This document shows positions 27,893 to 38,085 of a DNA stretch of 64,000 nucleotides, one piece after another. The notes under the pieces were generated by a model that did no database searches, was not told the DNA's origin, and saw nothing but the letters and a program-made list of their open reading frames with translations. Position numbers and translations under genes: made by a program. Source of the DNA: Promethearchaeota archaeon (GTDB lineage: Archaea; Asgardarchaeota; Lokiarchaeia; Sigyniarchaeales; SOKP01). The stretch covers positions 32,001 to 96,000 of the forward strand of contig JAEOSU010000072.1 of NCBI GenBank assembly GCA_016840165.1. The letters run 5' to 3'. Position 1 is the stretch's first letter; each line of letters opens with the position of its first letter.

Positions 27893-28540
27893 ATGGGTTT
27901 AAAGAAGAAGTTGTTTCCCAGGAAAGGCAAGGAAAAAGATGAGCTTATCATTAAAGCTAAAAGCCATATTAGAAAAATTTCACTTGCCAATAAAACATAT
28001 AGCAAACGCTCGGAAATTGCCCGTAAAAACGCAAAAATCGCTCTTAAAAGAGGAGAAAAAGAACGCGCAAAAAATTATTTAATCCAATATAAACAATATC
28101 AACAGAAAGTGGATCGTGCCAATAATATTCGGGCAAAAATCGAACGACAAATAGAGGCCATTGAAGAAGGACAAATGATCTCTACAACCGGAGATTTAAT
28201 GGGTGGCATTCGAGATGAATTAGAATCTATTGCCATAAAAGCCGCACCCACTAAGATTGCTGAGATTGCTGAGGATTCTGAGGCATACGTTGCTGAAATA
28301 GAGGAGTCTGCTGACATTTTAGCTGGTGATCCTGAAATTGATCTTGCTATTGATGTTTCTGATGAACTCAATAAATTAGAAACGGAAATGCTATTAGAAC
28401 AAGGAGGCCAAATGCCAGATGTACCATTGGATGATCTTCAATATATCAGTGAATTAGATATAGAAGAAGAACCTGAGGTTAAAACAAAAGCTAAATTAGA
28501 AGACGAGATTGAGAAATTAAGAAAAGAACTAGAGAGCTAA
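27893..28540 (+). CDS. Snf7-family ESCRT-III protein (Vps20/32/60-like)
   Basis: Amphipathic N-terminus MGLKKKLF, basic helical hairpin AK..LKRGEKERAK.YL, acidic C-terminal half, MPDVP (MIM2-like), terminal helix LEDEIEKLRKEL. Confidence 0.88.
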   Translation: MGLKKKLFPRKGKEKDELIIKAKSHIRKISLANKTYSKRSEIARKNAKIALKRGEKERAKNYLIQYKQYQQKVDRANNIRAKIERQIEAIEEGQMISTTGDLMGGIRDELESIAIKAAPTKIAEIAEDSEAYVAEIEESADILAGDPEIDLAIDVSDELNKLETEMLLEQGGQMPDVPLDDLQYISELDIEEEPEVKTKAKLEDEIEKLRKELES

Positions 28541-28576
28541 TATTTGGAGATTTTTATTCTTTTGAATTCATATTTT

Positions 28577-30703
28577 TTATGAAAAATATCGTCTCCTATC
28601 CAATTCTCGATGAGACGATCTTATTGATTGAGTTTCTCTGATTTCTTTCTCTAAATTTTCAATTTTCTTATCTATAAGGTATAAATCCTTTTGTAAGTTT
28701 TTATAGGTTCGAAAGTAGTCAATTTCAGAGATAATTCCATCATTAAATTTCGTGTCCAGTGTATTTAGAGTTTGATCTATGCTATATCTTTCCTTTTCCA
28801 ATTCTAGCATTCTTTTCTTTTTCAATTTATCATTTTTGACACGATTTCTTCTTGTAGAGTTAGATAATGAGTAGTCAGAGTTAAAAAGATCAGAAAGATG
28901 ATTTTTTATGTATCCCTGATAACCTGGTTGGTTCTCATTTGTAATATTAGGATTTCTATCATAATGGGATTCATATAGAAGTTCATCAAGAGGATCCATA
29001 TTTATTTGACGATGATCCGGAGGTGAACCATTACCATATTTCTGCATTTGTTCTAATTTACGCATTAAAATATTTTTTTCCTCTACATCTGAAATTAGAT
29101 CATTGAACGGATTTGTGCCTCTTTGGGGCTGATAATTTTGAATTCTATGGGGATTATTAAAGTTCTGAAGAAAAAATTGATTTTCATTGTAATTAGGGGG
29201 TAGTAAAGTTCTAAGATCATCACTATAATATCTCAAATCTTGTGGAGTATGTATATATTGAGGGATTCCATTAGTTCTTACATAACTATTTTGATAAAGT
29301 GGTGGAAGAATGAAACTATTCTGGTTCGTGGGATAAGTTTGATATCTCTGATTTGGATTAAAAGGATTATTTATTATTTGAGAATAAGTGGAATTAGGAT
29401 AAGATTGCTGAATGGGGGCACTCATTCCTGCTGGAGGTATGTTCTGGAGATTAGAGTTATTAATACCATATCCCTGAGTACTTTCAATGGGTTGTTTCAA
29501 ATTACTATATTGACATCGTATACTAAAGAAGGAATTAATGGCTTCTTCAACAAAATTAATGACCTCGGAAGTATCAATTTCTATTTCATATAGTTTATTT
29601 GCCATATCCTCATCAAAAATGACCGTTTCGTCAAAATTTCTAGCAATTATAATATAATCTAGTACCTTATTGAGACTATTAGCAGGGAGTGTGAATTCAT
29701 ATCTTCCATAGGGGAATTCGATATATAATCTTTTAAACAGTTTGCCTTTTATGTTGAGTCTTGTGAGATCTTCCACTGGTGCTTTAAAGATATTCTTGCG
29801 TTTTTTCCTAAATTTACCATATAAGTGAATAAAGGAGAGGTCAAAATTTGTTACGAATAATATCCCTCTATTTTTTTTGTATTTATCTTGTGAATTTAAA
29901 CCGTTGGCTAATTTTGCATGGATGGCATACACAGGTTTTTCTTCTTCCGCTAAATTAAGATACTTTTTGTACATTTCAAAGTAATTTCTCACTTTCTCAA
30001 TGAAATGAAGATTGTTTTGTAAAGGAATCAATCCTTTGTTGATAGTTTCACTATTAGATTCTATAAATTCGGTGATAGAAACATAACTTCGATTTAGATT
30101 TTCAAAAATACCCTCTATTATTATTACATTTGAATTAGGTTGGTTATAAATATCGAAGAAATATTCTTTATTTAAAGAGAGATGATGAAATAAGACGTTG
30201 AGTTTCTCTAATAGGTTATCCTTTGCATAAATAAATAACTTTATGAGGGAATAAAGTTCAGATTCCATGCTCGGGTAATGATGACATCGAATAGGAGGAG
30301 CTCTCGCGTTTTCAATTTTTTGGCGAAAGACAATTAAAGAATTTGCTGCTTCTTTGAAAGGTTCGATGATTAACCGAGCATTTTTTATAAGTTTTAAAAA
30401 ATTCTTTTCTAATTCTTCTTTTTTTTCATAGATATTAATAATTTGATGAGAATGACACCTTGGACAGGATTTTAAGATTTGGTTCAGCCGTGAAACATTC
30501 TCACTTCCACATTCTTCACATATGAGTTTTTTCCCTTTGGAAGTATCAATTTTTTGAGAATTACATTCTTGGCATGTTAAGGTCTCAATTTTTTCTTCAT
30601 TTAAACAGTCAGAACAACAACTGGTACCACAGTCTTCACAATAATAAGCTAGTTTAATTGTCCTTTGACAAAAATGACATATCTGCATTTGGTGATCTGA
30701 CAT
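28577..30703 (-). CDS. Multidomain protein: Cys-rich Zn fingers, coiled coil, PH/GRAM-like domain, Q/N/P/Y low-complexity region, steadiness-box-like C-terminus
   Basis: Six CxxC pairs; LAEEEKP...GILFVTN..LSF; SIDQTL..L...FNDGIISEIDYFRTYKNL. ATG at 30703 preferred over TTG at 30721. Confidence 0.65.
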   Translation of the reverse strand: MSDHQMQICHFCQRTIKLAYYCEDCGTSCCSDCLNEEKIETLTCQECNSQKIDTSKGKKLICEECGSENVSRLNQILKSCPRCHSHQIINIYEKKEELEKNFLKLIKNARLIIEPFKEAANSLIVFRQKIENARAPPIRCHHYPSMESELYSLIKLFIYAKDNLLEKLNVLFHHLSLNKEYFFDIYNQPNSNVIIIEGIFENLNRSYVSITEFIESNSETINKGLIPLQNNLHFIEKVRNYFEMYKKYLNLAEEEKPVYAIHAKLANGLNSQDKYKKNRGILFVTNFDLSFIHLYGKFRKKRKNIFKAPVEDLTRLNIKGKLFKRLYIEFPYGRYEFTLPANSLNKVLDYIIIARNFDETVIFDEDMANKLYEIEIDTSEVINFVEEAINSFFSIRCQYSNLKQPIESTQGYGINNSNLQNIPPAGMSAPIQQSYPNSTYSQIINNPFNPNQRYQTYPTNQNSFILPPLYQNSYVRTNGIPQYIHTPQDLRYYSDDLRTLLPPNYNENQFFLQNFNNPHRIQNYQPQRGTNPFNDLISDVEEKNILMRKLEQMQKYGNGSPPDHRQINMDPLDELLYESHYDRNPNITNENQPGYQGYIKNHLSDLFNSDYSLSNSTRRNRVKNDKLKKKRMLELEKERYSIDQTLNTLDTKFNDGIISEIDYFRTYKNLQKDLYLIDKKIENLEKEIRETQSIRSSHRELDRRRYFS

Positions 30704-30919
30704 TTTAAATTGAAAAAACAACCTAATATAAATAATTTAACTCGCTTTATCATAGATTTAGAAGGGTTTTCAAAATATCAATAGGTATATTATTTGAGTA
30801 ATATCTCTGAAATGCTTAAAAAAAGGCAATAAGGGGAGAGTGTGATTAATATAAAAGATTAAAGAGCATAAAGAGATTTAATAGAAGAAATAGATTAATG
30901 TAAAGAGATTTAAGACCAA

Positions 30920-31222
30920 TTAATTAATGATTCTTACTTTTGTACCAAGTGCTTGCCCTGGGACTCCGGCTTTTTTAAAATGAGCTCGTACTGCGCCATT
31001 ATTTCCGTGAGACCGAGTAATAGTTCCCTTTAATTGCTTTCCTGTAGAACTCGTCCAAACTACTGTTCTTCCAATCAACTTATTCGCATCTTTTGCAGTT
31101 TTAATACTAGGAAAAACTAAAATACAATGTTTTGGATGAACTGTGTGGCGTCCACGTTTGTAATTTGAAATAACACCTTCCATACCTAGAATTTCAAGTT
31201 TATTGCTCGACATGTATATCAT
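30920..31222 (-). CDS. rpl35ae: 50S ribosomal protein L35Ae
   Basis: YKRGR, GTITRSHGNNGAVRAHF, PGQALG. Confidence 0.95.
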   Translation of the reverse strand: MIYMSSNKLEILGMEGVISNYKRGRHTVHPKHCILVFPSIKTAKDANKLIGRTVVWTSSTGKQLKGTITRSHGNNGAVRAHFKKAGVPGQALGTKVRIIN

Positions 31223-31344
31223 CGCTAAATTTAATAATATATGAAAATATATTCCAAAAAATAAAAATTTTCCTAATAAATCAACAATTACCCCTAATTC
31301 CTAAAAAGAAAGATTTTTGAACTCATACGTAATTTAATAAACGT

Positions 31345-32742
31345 ATGCAAGTTGCATTTAGTAAAATTTCCATTACACCGAAAGAGTATACCGGAAAGGC
31401 TTTAGCAGGTTATACGCGAAAGGAACCATGCTCAGGAAAATTAGATGACCTTTATGCTTATAGTACTTTAATTCAGTGTTCTCATTCTAATTCAGAAAAA
31501 CGTTTCTTAGTATTAATTGCAGTTGATCTTTTAAAAATTCCAATATCTATATCCAATTATATTAAGGAAAAAATTATTGAAATGCACGCTTTTTTAAAAA
31601 AAGAACAGATTTTGATACATGCCACCCATACTCATGCAGGATTTGATTTAACAGGAGAATTTTTTTGGCCAGGTGGTTTTTTAAGTGTGTTAAGGGGAAT
31701 TATGTTTGGTGCTAATCGAAATGATAAGTATATCGTATGGTTTAGCAATAAAATTGCTATGATGGTTAATGAATTATTTAAACACTTAATTCCATGTAAA
31801 GTCTCATGGACTAAGAAGCTATTTAATCCAAACATGGTTTTTAATAGAAGGCATCCTTCTGAGCAAGTGAATCCTTATTTAAGCGTTATCGCTTTTAAGA
31901 GCTTAGAATCAGATTCTCTTATTGGTATTATTATAAATTATTCCTGCCATCCAACTACTTTATCCTTTCAAAATAGCAAATTATCAGCAGATTTTATAGG
32001 ACAGATTCATAATAAGATTTCTCAATTATCGCATGGAAATATTAAATCTGTCTATTTTAATAGTGCATCTGGGGATCTGAATCCAATAACTACCTTCAAA
32101 GCAGTAGGTGTTGAGAAAGAAATTGATAAAGATGCTGTTTATGACCAATTGGGAACATATGATGATACGAAAGAAATCGGTTATAAAATCGCCCAAGCTG
32201 CTTTAGAATTAGCTTACTCAATCCCAGATCATGAATACTGTGAATTCCATGGGCTTGAAATCGTCTCTAAAGAGTTTTGGATTCCTATGAGAGATGTTAA
32301 GTATTTTTCAAGTAAATGGTTTCTTAATAAATTGGTTTTTGTTATTAAAAAGCTATTTTTAATTAATATCGCAAAATATCAAATGTTACGAGCGAATTTT
32401 CCTATTTTCGCACTACATTATCGATTTGGTAAGTATAAATGCAAGACATTTATTCAGTACCTTGAACTTAACACTGGTCCAGAGAAGCAAGAGAAAGTTT
32501 TTAGTATAATAACTGTTCCTGGAGAGCTTTTCTTCGCTCTTGGAGAGAAATTATTACAGGCATCTCCCTCTGGTCTTAATAACACATTAATCTTTCAAAA
32601 TACGCAAGATTGGATAGCGTATTTATTCTCCTTAAGGGAATATATAGAAGAGGGTGGCTATGAAGTGACACCCAGTTTTAGTCCTGTGTGTGGATACTAC
32701 GTACAAAAAGAGATCTTAAGATTAATGAATAAAATATCCTGA
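31345..32742 (+). CDS. Neutral/alkaline ceramidase-like protein
   Basis: ITP...LAGY, ATHTHAG, NRR, NYSCHPT, SADF, PGE, GGYE. Confidence 0.82.
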   Translation: MQVAFSKISITPKEYTGKALAGYTRKEPCSGKLDDLYAYSTLIQCSHSNSEKRFLVLIAVDLLKIPISISNYIKEKIIEMHAFLKKEQILIHATHTHAGFDLTGEFFWPGGFLSVLRGIMFGANRNDKYIVWFSNKIAMMVNELFKHLIPCKVSWTKKLFNPNMVFNRRHPSEQVNPYLSVIAFKSLESDSLIGIIINYSCHPTTLSFQNSKLSADFIGQIHNKISQLSHGNIKSVYFNSASGDLNPITTFKAVGVEKEIDKDAVYDQLGTYDDTKEIGYKIAQAALELAYSIPDHEYCEFHGLEIVSKEFWIPMRDVKYFSSKWFLNKLVFVIKKLFLINIAKYQMLRANFPIFALHYRFGKYKCKTFIQYLELNTGPEKQEKVFSIITVPGELFFALGEKLLQASPSGLNNTLIFQNTQDWIAYLFSLREYIEEGGYEVTPSFSPVCGYYVQKEILRLMNKIS

Positions 32743-32746
32743 TTAT

Positions 32747-32893
32747 TCATTCAAATAATGCTTCTTCATTATGCTTAATTCTAGAATTATAAGTGATTAA
32801 TTGTATTTCATTACTCGGTCTATCACTTTTTTTACCAAAAATTACACTTCCATCTTCCGTAGAATTGCCCAAGGCTATTAATGTATCGCACAC
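32747..32893 (-). pseudogene. Truncated 48-codon paralog of the C69 peptidase N-terminus
   Basis: My translation, absent from the ORF track: VCDTLIALGNSTEDGSVIFGKKSDRPSNEIQLITYNSRIKHNEEALFE*. It aligns with MCDTYVSLSETSRDGSVIFGKNSDRLESETQLITYIPR of the upstream gene. Confidence 0.85.
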
Positions 32894-34096
32894 TCAACCT
32901 ATCATCTCTTCTGCTTTTTTCCATGCATAATGATTGATTTCAGTGATTTTTTCAATGAATTCCTTTTTAGATAAATTATCCTCTTGCTTGTATACTTTAT
33001 AAACCTTTTCTATTAACTCTCGTTCAATCGTTCTTAGTTTTTGATAATAAATATTTCTCTCAGCAATTTCAATTTTTGGTCTTTTTTTAAAAGATTGAAT
33101 AAATTTAGCATGTCTATTCCAAAACCAGTCCGGATTTATATCTTCATAAGGTCCCGATTTTTTTACAATTTGATTTTCAGCAGGAAATACATAAGGTTTA
33201 AAAATACCAAGGCATGGTATAGTATTTCCTGTGAACCAATGAATTGAGTTTTTATTATCTCTCAAATGAGAGACTTGAGACCCAACTGATTGATCTGTAC
33301 GACGATGCATACATATTCCAACTTCATGCTCTCTTAAAAATTCCATAATTAAGGAAGGTGTGATCATGCCTTTATTTGTGGATAGCTGATTTAATGAACA
33401 ACCATCTCTATCCGTTATTGAAAATACTTCTGGTAATGGAGATGGGGAAAAAATTATTTTAAAATCAAAATCATCATCATCTTTGCAATATCCTTGGTCT
33501 ATTGCATGTTGGATTATTCCCTTTCTTCTTGAATCTCCTTTTCCTCTGATTGAAATACGATTTGAAATTGAACGATAGGATTTTATTCTCTCTAAAATCC
33601 ACCATTCACCAGCAGTCTCTAAAACATAAGCCTCCTTAGGATCTGCAATAATATAGGAATTATGATAATTTATACCTTTTAAATTATGGATGCCTCCTTG
33701 GCCATACTTTTCTAATAATTTAGTAATAATATCTAATGCTTCCTTAGCATTTTTTCCCCTTTCTAAGCCAAGTCTTAGAAGATCCATTCCTAAAAGACCC
33801 GTTTCATTTAAAGGTTCTTTAGTCTGTACAGATTCGTTGCCTATTACTACACCACATTCATTTGCTCCCATTTCAGCACCCCACATCCACCAGGGTTGAC
33901 TTAAAAGGACTGCATAAGTTTCTTTTATTTGAGGAATAGTAATATGGGTACACTTTAATTTCTCATCTTGAGAATAATTTTTTCTTGGAATATATGTAAT
34001 TAGTTGGGTTTCTGATTCTAATCTATCACTATTTTTACCAAAGATTACAGATCCATCTCTCGATGTTTCAGATAAACTTACATAAGTATCACACAT
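32894..34096 (-). CDS. Peptidase C69 / secernin family (Ntn hydrolase)
   Basis: N-terminal MCDT nucleophile, FGKNSDR, WGAEMGANE.GVVIGNE, GMDLLRLGLER. Confidence 0.94.
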   Translation of the reverse strand: MCDTYVSLSETSRDGSVIFGKNSDRLESETQLITYIPRKNYSQDEKLKCTHITIPQIKETYAVLLSQPWWMWGAEMGANECGVVIGNESVQTKEPLNETGLLGMDLLRLGLERGKNAKEALDIITKLLEKYGQGGIHNLKGINYHNSYIIADPKEAYVLETAGEWWILERIKSYRSISNRISIRGKGDSRRKGIIQHAIDQGYCKDDDDFDFKIIFSPSPLPEVFSITDRDGCSLNQLSTNKGMITPSLIMEFLREHEVGICMHRRTDQSVGSQVSHLRDNKNSIHWFTGNTIPCLGIFKPYVFPAENQIVKKSGPYEDINPDWFWNRHAKFIQSFKKRPKIEIAERNIYYQKLRTIERELIEKVYKVYKQEDNLSKKEFIEKITEINHYAWKKAEEMIG

Positions 34097-34307
34097 AATA
34101 TATTCATTTAGTTTTTAAAATATCTAAATTAAAAAAAGAAAGATTTTTAAAAAATTTTGATAATATAAATTCATTTCTCTTAGAATATCTTTTTTTTCTG
34201 AAACTATATCGAACAAATAGACTTTATAATTAACTTTTAATAACAATATTATTTTAAAATTTTAGTTAAATAATAATTATTGATTGATTTACTAGAACGA
34301 AAATATA

Positions 34308-36098
34308 TTGAGTAATCAGAGAAAAAAAATTTGGATTTTTACATTTGAATTTGCAGGGGTAGCGAAGGTTGGAGGCCTAGGAGAAGTACCAGCAAATCAA
34401 GCAAAATATATTAGTGATCTTTATGATATAACTATTTTTATGCCTTCTCATGGTCAAGTAGAGAAACTAAAAGGTCTATACGAATGGAAAAAGTATCCAT
34501 TTAATTGTGTTGGTCAGATCAACACTGAAAAAATCGATCTTGCGATGTCCGAAAGAAGTTATAATATTTCATTTTATGAGTTTCATATTGGAAGAGCTAA
34601 AGTTATCTTACTTTCAGGAGAAAATGATTTTACTCGACATTTTTTAGATAATAGTACAATTTATAGTCCGGATACTTTTAAAGGAAAAATTTGTTTTTTT
34701 AGCCTCGGAGTGCGTTGTTTAGTTCAATATTTGATTGATAATGATATAAGTAGGCTACCTCAAGTTGTGCATCTTCATGATTATCACGTAGTATTTTCAT
34801 TTATTAATATGAAGCAAGTATTAATTGAGAATGGTTTAGACGTAGCTTCGATTATCACTATCCATCTCCTTACATATCCACGATTTGAATTAAGCTATTT
34901 TTATGTTTGTGGTATTGATGATTCTCCGATAAGCGCTCTCCTAAAAGATGGAGTTAAATTGCTTACTCTCGAAGAGATCTTCAAAATTGGATCAGATAAT
35001 GGGGATATACCTACTGTAGAGAAAGTAGGTGCGATTATTTCTGATATAGTAACAACTGTAAGCCAATCCTACCTTATTTCAGATGTTATTCCTAATTGCG
35101 GGAAAGACCTTATTGAATTCAAGGCTGATTTTATTTGGGATGGTTGCGACTGGGATTATTATGAAATTTTTGAAAATGTTATGGATAAACATGCTGATGA
35201 GATAAGACGAATACTAAAAATACCCGAAGATATCGCGCTCACGAGAAGTGATATGAAAAAATATTTATTAGAATACAAAATAGGTCATTTAAGTCAGAGT
35301 CCATTAATTCAATCCACCAAAGTACTTAAAACGATTAATGAGATTTCAAATGGAAATCCTTTTATTAAAAATGGCACTATTTTACCCTTTAATTCTTATG
35401 GGCCGTTATTAATCACGACGGGAAGAATTTCTCCTCAAAAAGGATTTGAAGTTATCCTACAAGCAATTCCAAAAGTAATCGAGAAAATCCCCGATATGAA
35501 ATTCCTCTTCTTAATTTTACCTACGGATTATAGCCTTAATGAAATAAAAGAATATGCAAGTTATGTAAAACAATACCCAGATAATTTGAGAATTATCTTT
35601 GGAGTAGCCTCCGATATTTTCTACCTTGCCCATCTAGCTGCAGATGTATATGGGGCGCTTTCAAGGTGGGAGCCATTTGGTATCATGGCTCTAGAAGCGA
35701 TGGCATCCAAATTACCGATAATCGCAACAACAGTAGGGGGTTTACAAGAAACCATAATCGATATCCGAAGTTATCCAAAGATTGGAACTGGTATATTAAT
35801 TGATAGAGATAACCCAGAACAGTTCGCAGACGGTGTAATATCCCTAATAAAAGCTGCTGAAGTAGCATATAAAAGAAAGGATATAATAGAACCTATCCCA
35901 ATAGACGAGAGAATGATGAATATTATCAATCAAATTCCTGATGCTGTAATCAAATCAAATGTATTAATAAATCCGACATTTTATCATGACATCAAAGAAA
36001 ATTGTTATAGACGGGTCAAAGAGAATTTTTCATGGAAAATGGTCTCTAAAAAATTAGTAGAATTATATTTAAAGTTGTTTAAAAGAGAACTAATATAA
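34308..36098 (+). CDS. Glycogen/starch synthase-like glycosyltransferase (GT5)
   Basis: KVGGLG (KxGGL), HLHDYH, TTVS, GRISPQKG, SRWEPFG..ALEAMA, GGL.ET. Confidence 0.88.
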   Translation: MSNQRKKIWIFTFEFAGVAKVGGLGEVPANQAKYISDLYDITIFMPSHGQVEKLKGLYEWKKYPFNCVGQINTEKIDLAMSERSYNISFYEFHIGRAKVILLSGENDFTRHFLDNSTIYSPDTFKGKICFFSLGVRCLVQYLIDNDISRLPQVVHLHDYHVVFSFINMKQVLIENGLDVASIITIHLLTYPRFELSYFYVCGIDDSPISALLKDGVKLLTLEEIFKIGSDNGDIPTVEKVGAIISDIVTTVSQSYLISDVIPNCGKDLIEFKADFIWDGCDWDYYEIFENVMDKHADEIRRILKIPEDIALTRSDMKKYLLEYKIGHLSQSPLIQSTKVLKTINEISNGNPFIKNGTILPFNSYGPLLITTGRISPQKGFEVILQAIPKVIEKIPDMKFLFLILPTDYSLNEIKEYASYVKQYPDNLRIIFGVASDIFYLAHLAADVYGALSRWEPFGIMALEAMASKLPIIATTVGGLQETIIDIRSYPKIGTGILIDRDNPEQFADGVISLIKAAEVAYKRKDIIEPIPIDERMMNIINQIPDAVIKSNVLINPTFYHDIKENCYRRVKENFSWKMVSKKLVELYLKLFKRELI

Positions 36099-36099
36099 T

Positions 36100-38085
36100 T
36101 TATGAATTTTCCTGCCAAAATTCGAAAAGTAAGTGAGTAATAATCCCTTTTCTGTCAGGTATAATCTGGATTTCATTTCTAATCCATTCCGAAATCCATC
36201 GATATTTTTGTTTGAAGCGGGAATCTAAAAAAACGATACTTCCTTTATCTTTAATTTTTCTAATCGGTCTTCCAGAAGCTTGATTAGCTCTCTGTATCGC
36301 AGGATAAAGATAGGCAAAATTCCATCCTTGCTTGTCAAAAACATCGTCATAGTAAGCAATCTTAGCGTCTACTCTAGGAGATGGCAAATGATATGGAAAA
36401 CCAGCTATTATAACGGAATTCATAGTATCCCCCGGGTAATCCTCTCCTTCTGAATTTCTTCCCCCACACACTCCTAATAAAACTGCGCCGTTATAAGGTT
36501 TTTTAGCATGTGACTTAAAATTTTCAACCAAAAAAGCATTTTCAGATGCAGATAATTCCGGATCTTCAAGAAAAAGTTGCTTATCATGCTTTCTGATAAT
36601 AGGTTCAATTCCATGTTCTAATAGAGCATCCAGTATTTTATAAGATGCACAAAAAATGCCAATATTAGCAGGAGTGGATTCAATTACCTCCTCTATTTTG
36701 GAAATCATTTTAAGATACATTTCTTTATTTCGGTTAGCTCGTCGAGTATCTACTCCCTCAGCGATCAACGCTTTAATATGGTCTTTATCAAAAGGAGAGT
36801 TTGCTATTATCCCTTTGAAAGGTTTGGAAGCATTTTTAATACCAATTAAATTGGCATAAACATATGGATTAGCTGTCCCTGAAAGATTGATACAACTATA
36901 GCATGTATTTAATACAGGGATTACTATCTCACGGGGATCTAGTGCAATAATATCAAGCGAAACACTAATTTTCCCTTTTTTTTCATGCAAATTATAAGAA
37001 AAGAAGTAATTTTTTTTGGTGCAATTTTCTATCCATTTTAATATGAAGTCTGCTAATGATCCTACGTAATCTCTGGCTATTTCTCCATTATCTACTCTCT
37101 GTTGATGTAAATAAGTCCCGAATTCTTTTAAATCTATTATAAAATTTTTAAATTCCGTCAAATCGGATTTTCCTAACTTACTAAACATCTTAGTAATGAA
37201 CTTTACAGGTTCGATCCCCTTTTCGGTTTGTTTCAAAGAAGTTTTGATATTATTCAGATGGTTCATAAGCATTCTAACAAAACTTTGCATTTCCTGCGAA
37301 GAACGATACATTTCTAAATCTCTTAAACATAATCGTAATAAATATGGAGTAATTCGGTCAGAATTTAGGTCTGTTGCAACATCAATAAGATTATGGCATT
37401 CATCAATCACTACGATACAGTTATACAACTCTTTCCCGATAAAATTCATAAAATTTTCTCGAATTTCAGGATTGAAAATCCACTGATAATTGCAGATGAT
37501 AACTTTCATCTCTTCGAGAAGGTATTTACTCAAAAAATAGGGGCACAGTTTTTTTTCTGAACAAAAATTAAGAAGATCTTCTGCGTCAATAGGTTGATTA
37601 AATAGTTCTGGAGCTAAAATTGTGAGCCGTTCATTTTGATCTTTTTTCTTTAGAAGATTTATAAAATAGCTACAATTATTATTTTTCCTTAAATCACCGC
37701 ATACTGCCATCGCCTCTTTTGGATCAAGTTTTAAGGAGAGCAATGTTTTATTTAAACACATTTCATTTCGGCCTCTTATCGATAACCCATTTACTCGGAC
37801 ATTCTCATTGTGATTTTCAAGAAAATTAGAGATTTTCCGTAGTTCCTTTATAATTCTGGTATTTTGCGAATGTGTTCTACACATATAAAGTATTTTCAAA
37901 TCGTTTTGAAGTATTAAGGGTAATAATGCGGATAAGGTGATAACTGTTTTTCCCGTTCCATTTGGGGCAACTAGCAATGTGATTTTTTTCTCTTTTGAAG
38001 CTAACTCTACTTGTTTAATAATCTCTTCTTGTTCTTCCCTAAATTCCTCATACGGAAAAAAATTCAAGTAATTAATTTTGTACAC
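36100..38085 (-). CDS. XPD/Rad3-family FeS DNA helicase
   Basis: Q motif, APNGTGKT, four FeS Cys (..LCPY), DECHNL, SEG.DYP, QASGRPIR. Confidence 0.94.
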   Translation of the reverse strand: MYKINYLNFFPYEEFREEQEEIIKQVELASKEKKITLLVAPNGTGKTVITLSALLPLILQNDLKILYMCRTHSQNTRIIKELRKISNFLENHNENVRVNGLSIRGRNEMCLNKTLLSLKLDPKEAMAVCGDLRKNNNCSYFINLLKKKDQNERLTILAPELFNQPIDAEDLLNFCSEKKLCPYFLSKYLLEEMKVIICNYQWIFNPEIRENFMNFIGKELYNCIVVIDECHNLIDVATDLNSDRITPYLLRLCLRDLEMYRSSQEMQSFVRMLMNHLNNIKTSLKQTEKGIEPVKFITKMFSKLGKSDLTEFKNFIIDLKEFGTYLHQQRVDNGEIARDYVGSLADFILKWIENCTKKNYFFSYNLHEKKGKISVSLDIIALDPREIVIPVLNTCYSCINLSGTANPYVYANLIGIKNASKPFKGIIANSPFDKDHIKALIAEGVDTRRANRNKEMYLKMISKIEEVIESTPANIGIFCASYKILDALLEHGIEPIIRKHDKQLFLEDPELSASENAFLVENFKSHAKKPYNGAVLLGVCGGRNSEGEDYPGDTMNSVIIAGFPYHLPSPRVDAKIAYYDDVFDKQGWNFAYLYPAIQRANQASGRPIRKIKDKGSIVFLDSRFKQKYRWISEWIRNEIQIIPDRKGIITHLLFEFWQENS

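Noticed and set aside
32894-32896. Selenocysteine or other read-through of the TGA joining the C69 gene to the in-frame fragment
   Set aside because: The TGA is not at a Cys-equivalent position, no SECIS-like hairpin was seen, and the fragment has its own start codon matching the paralog's Met1.
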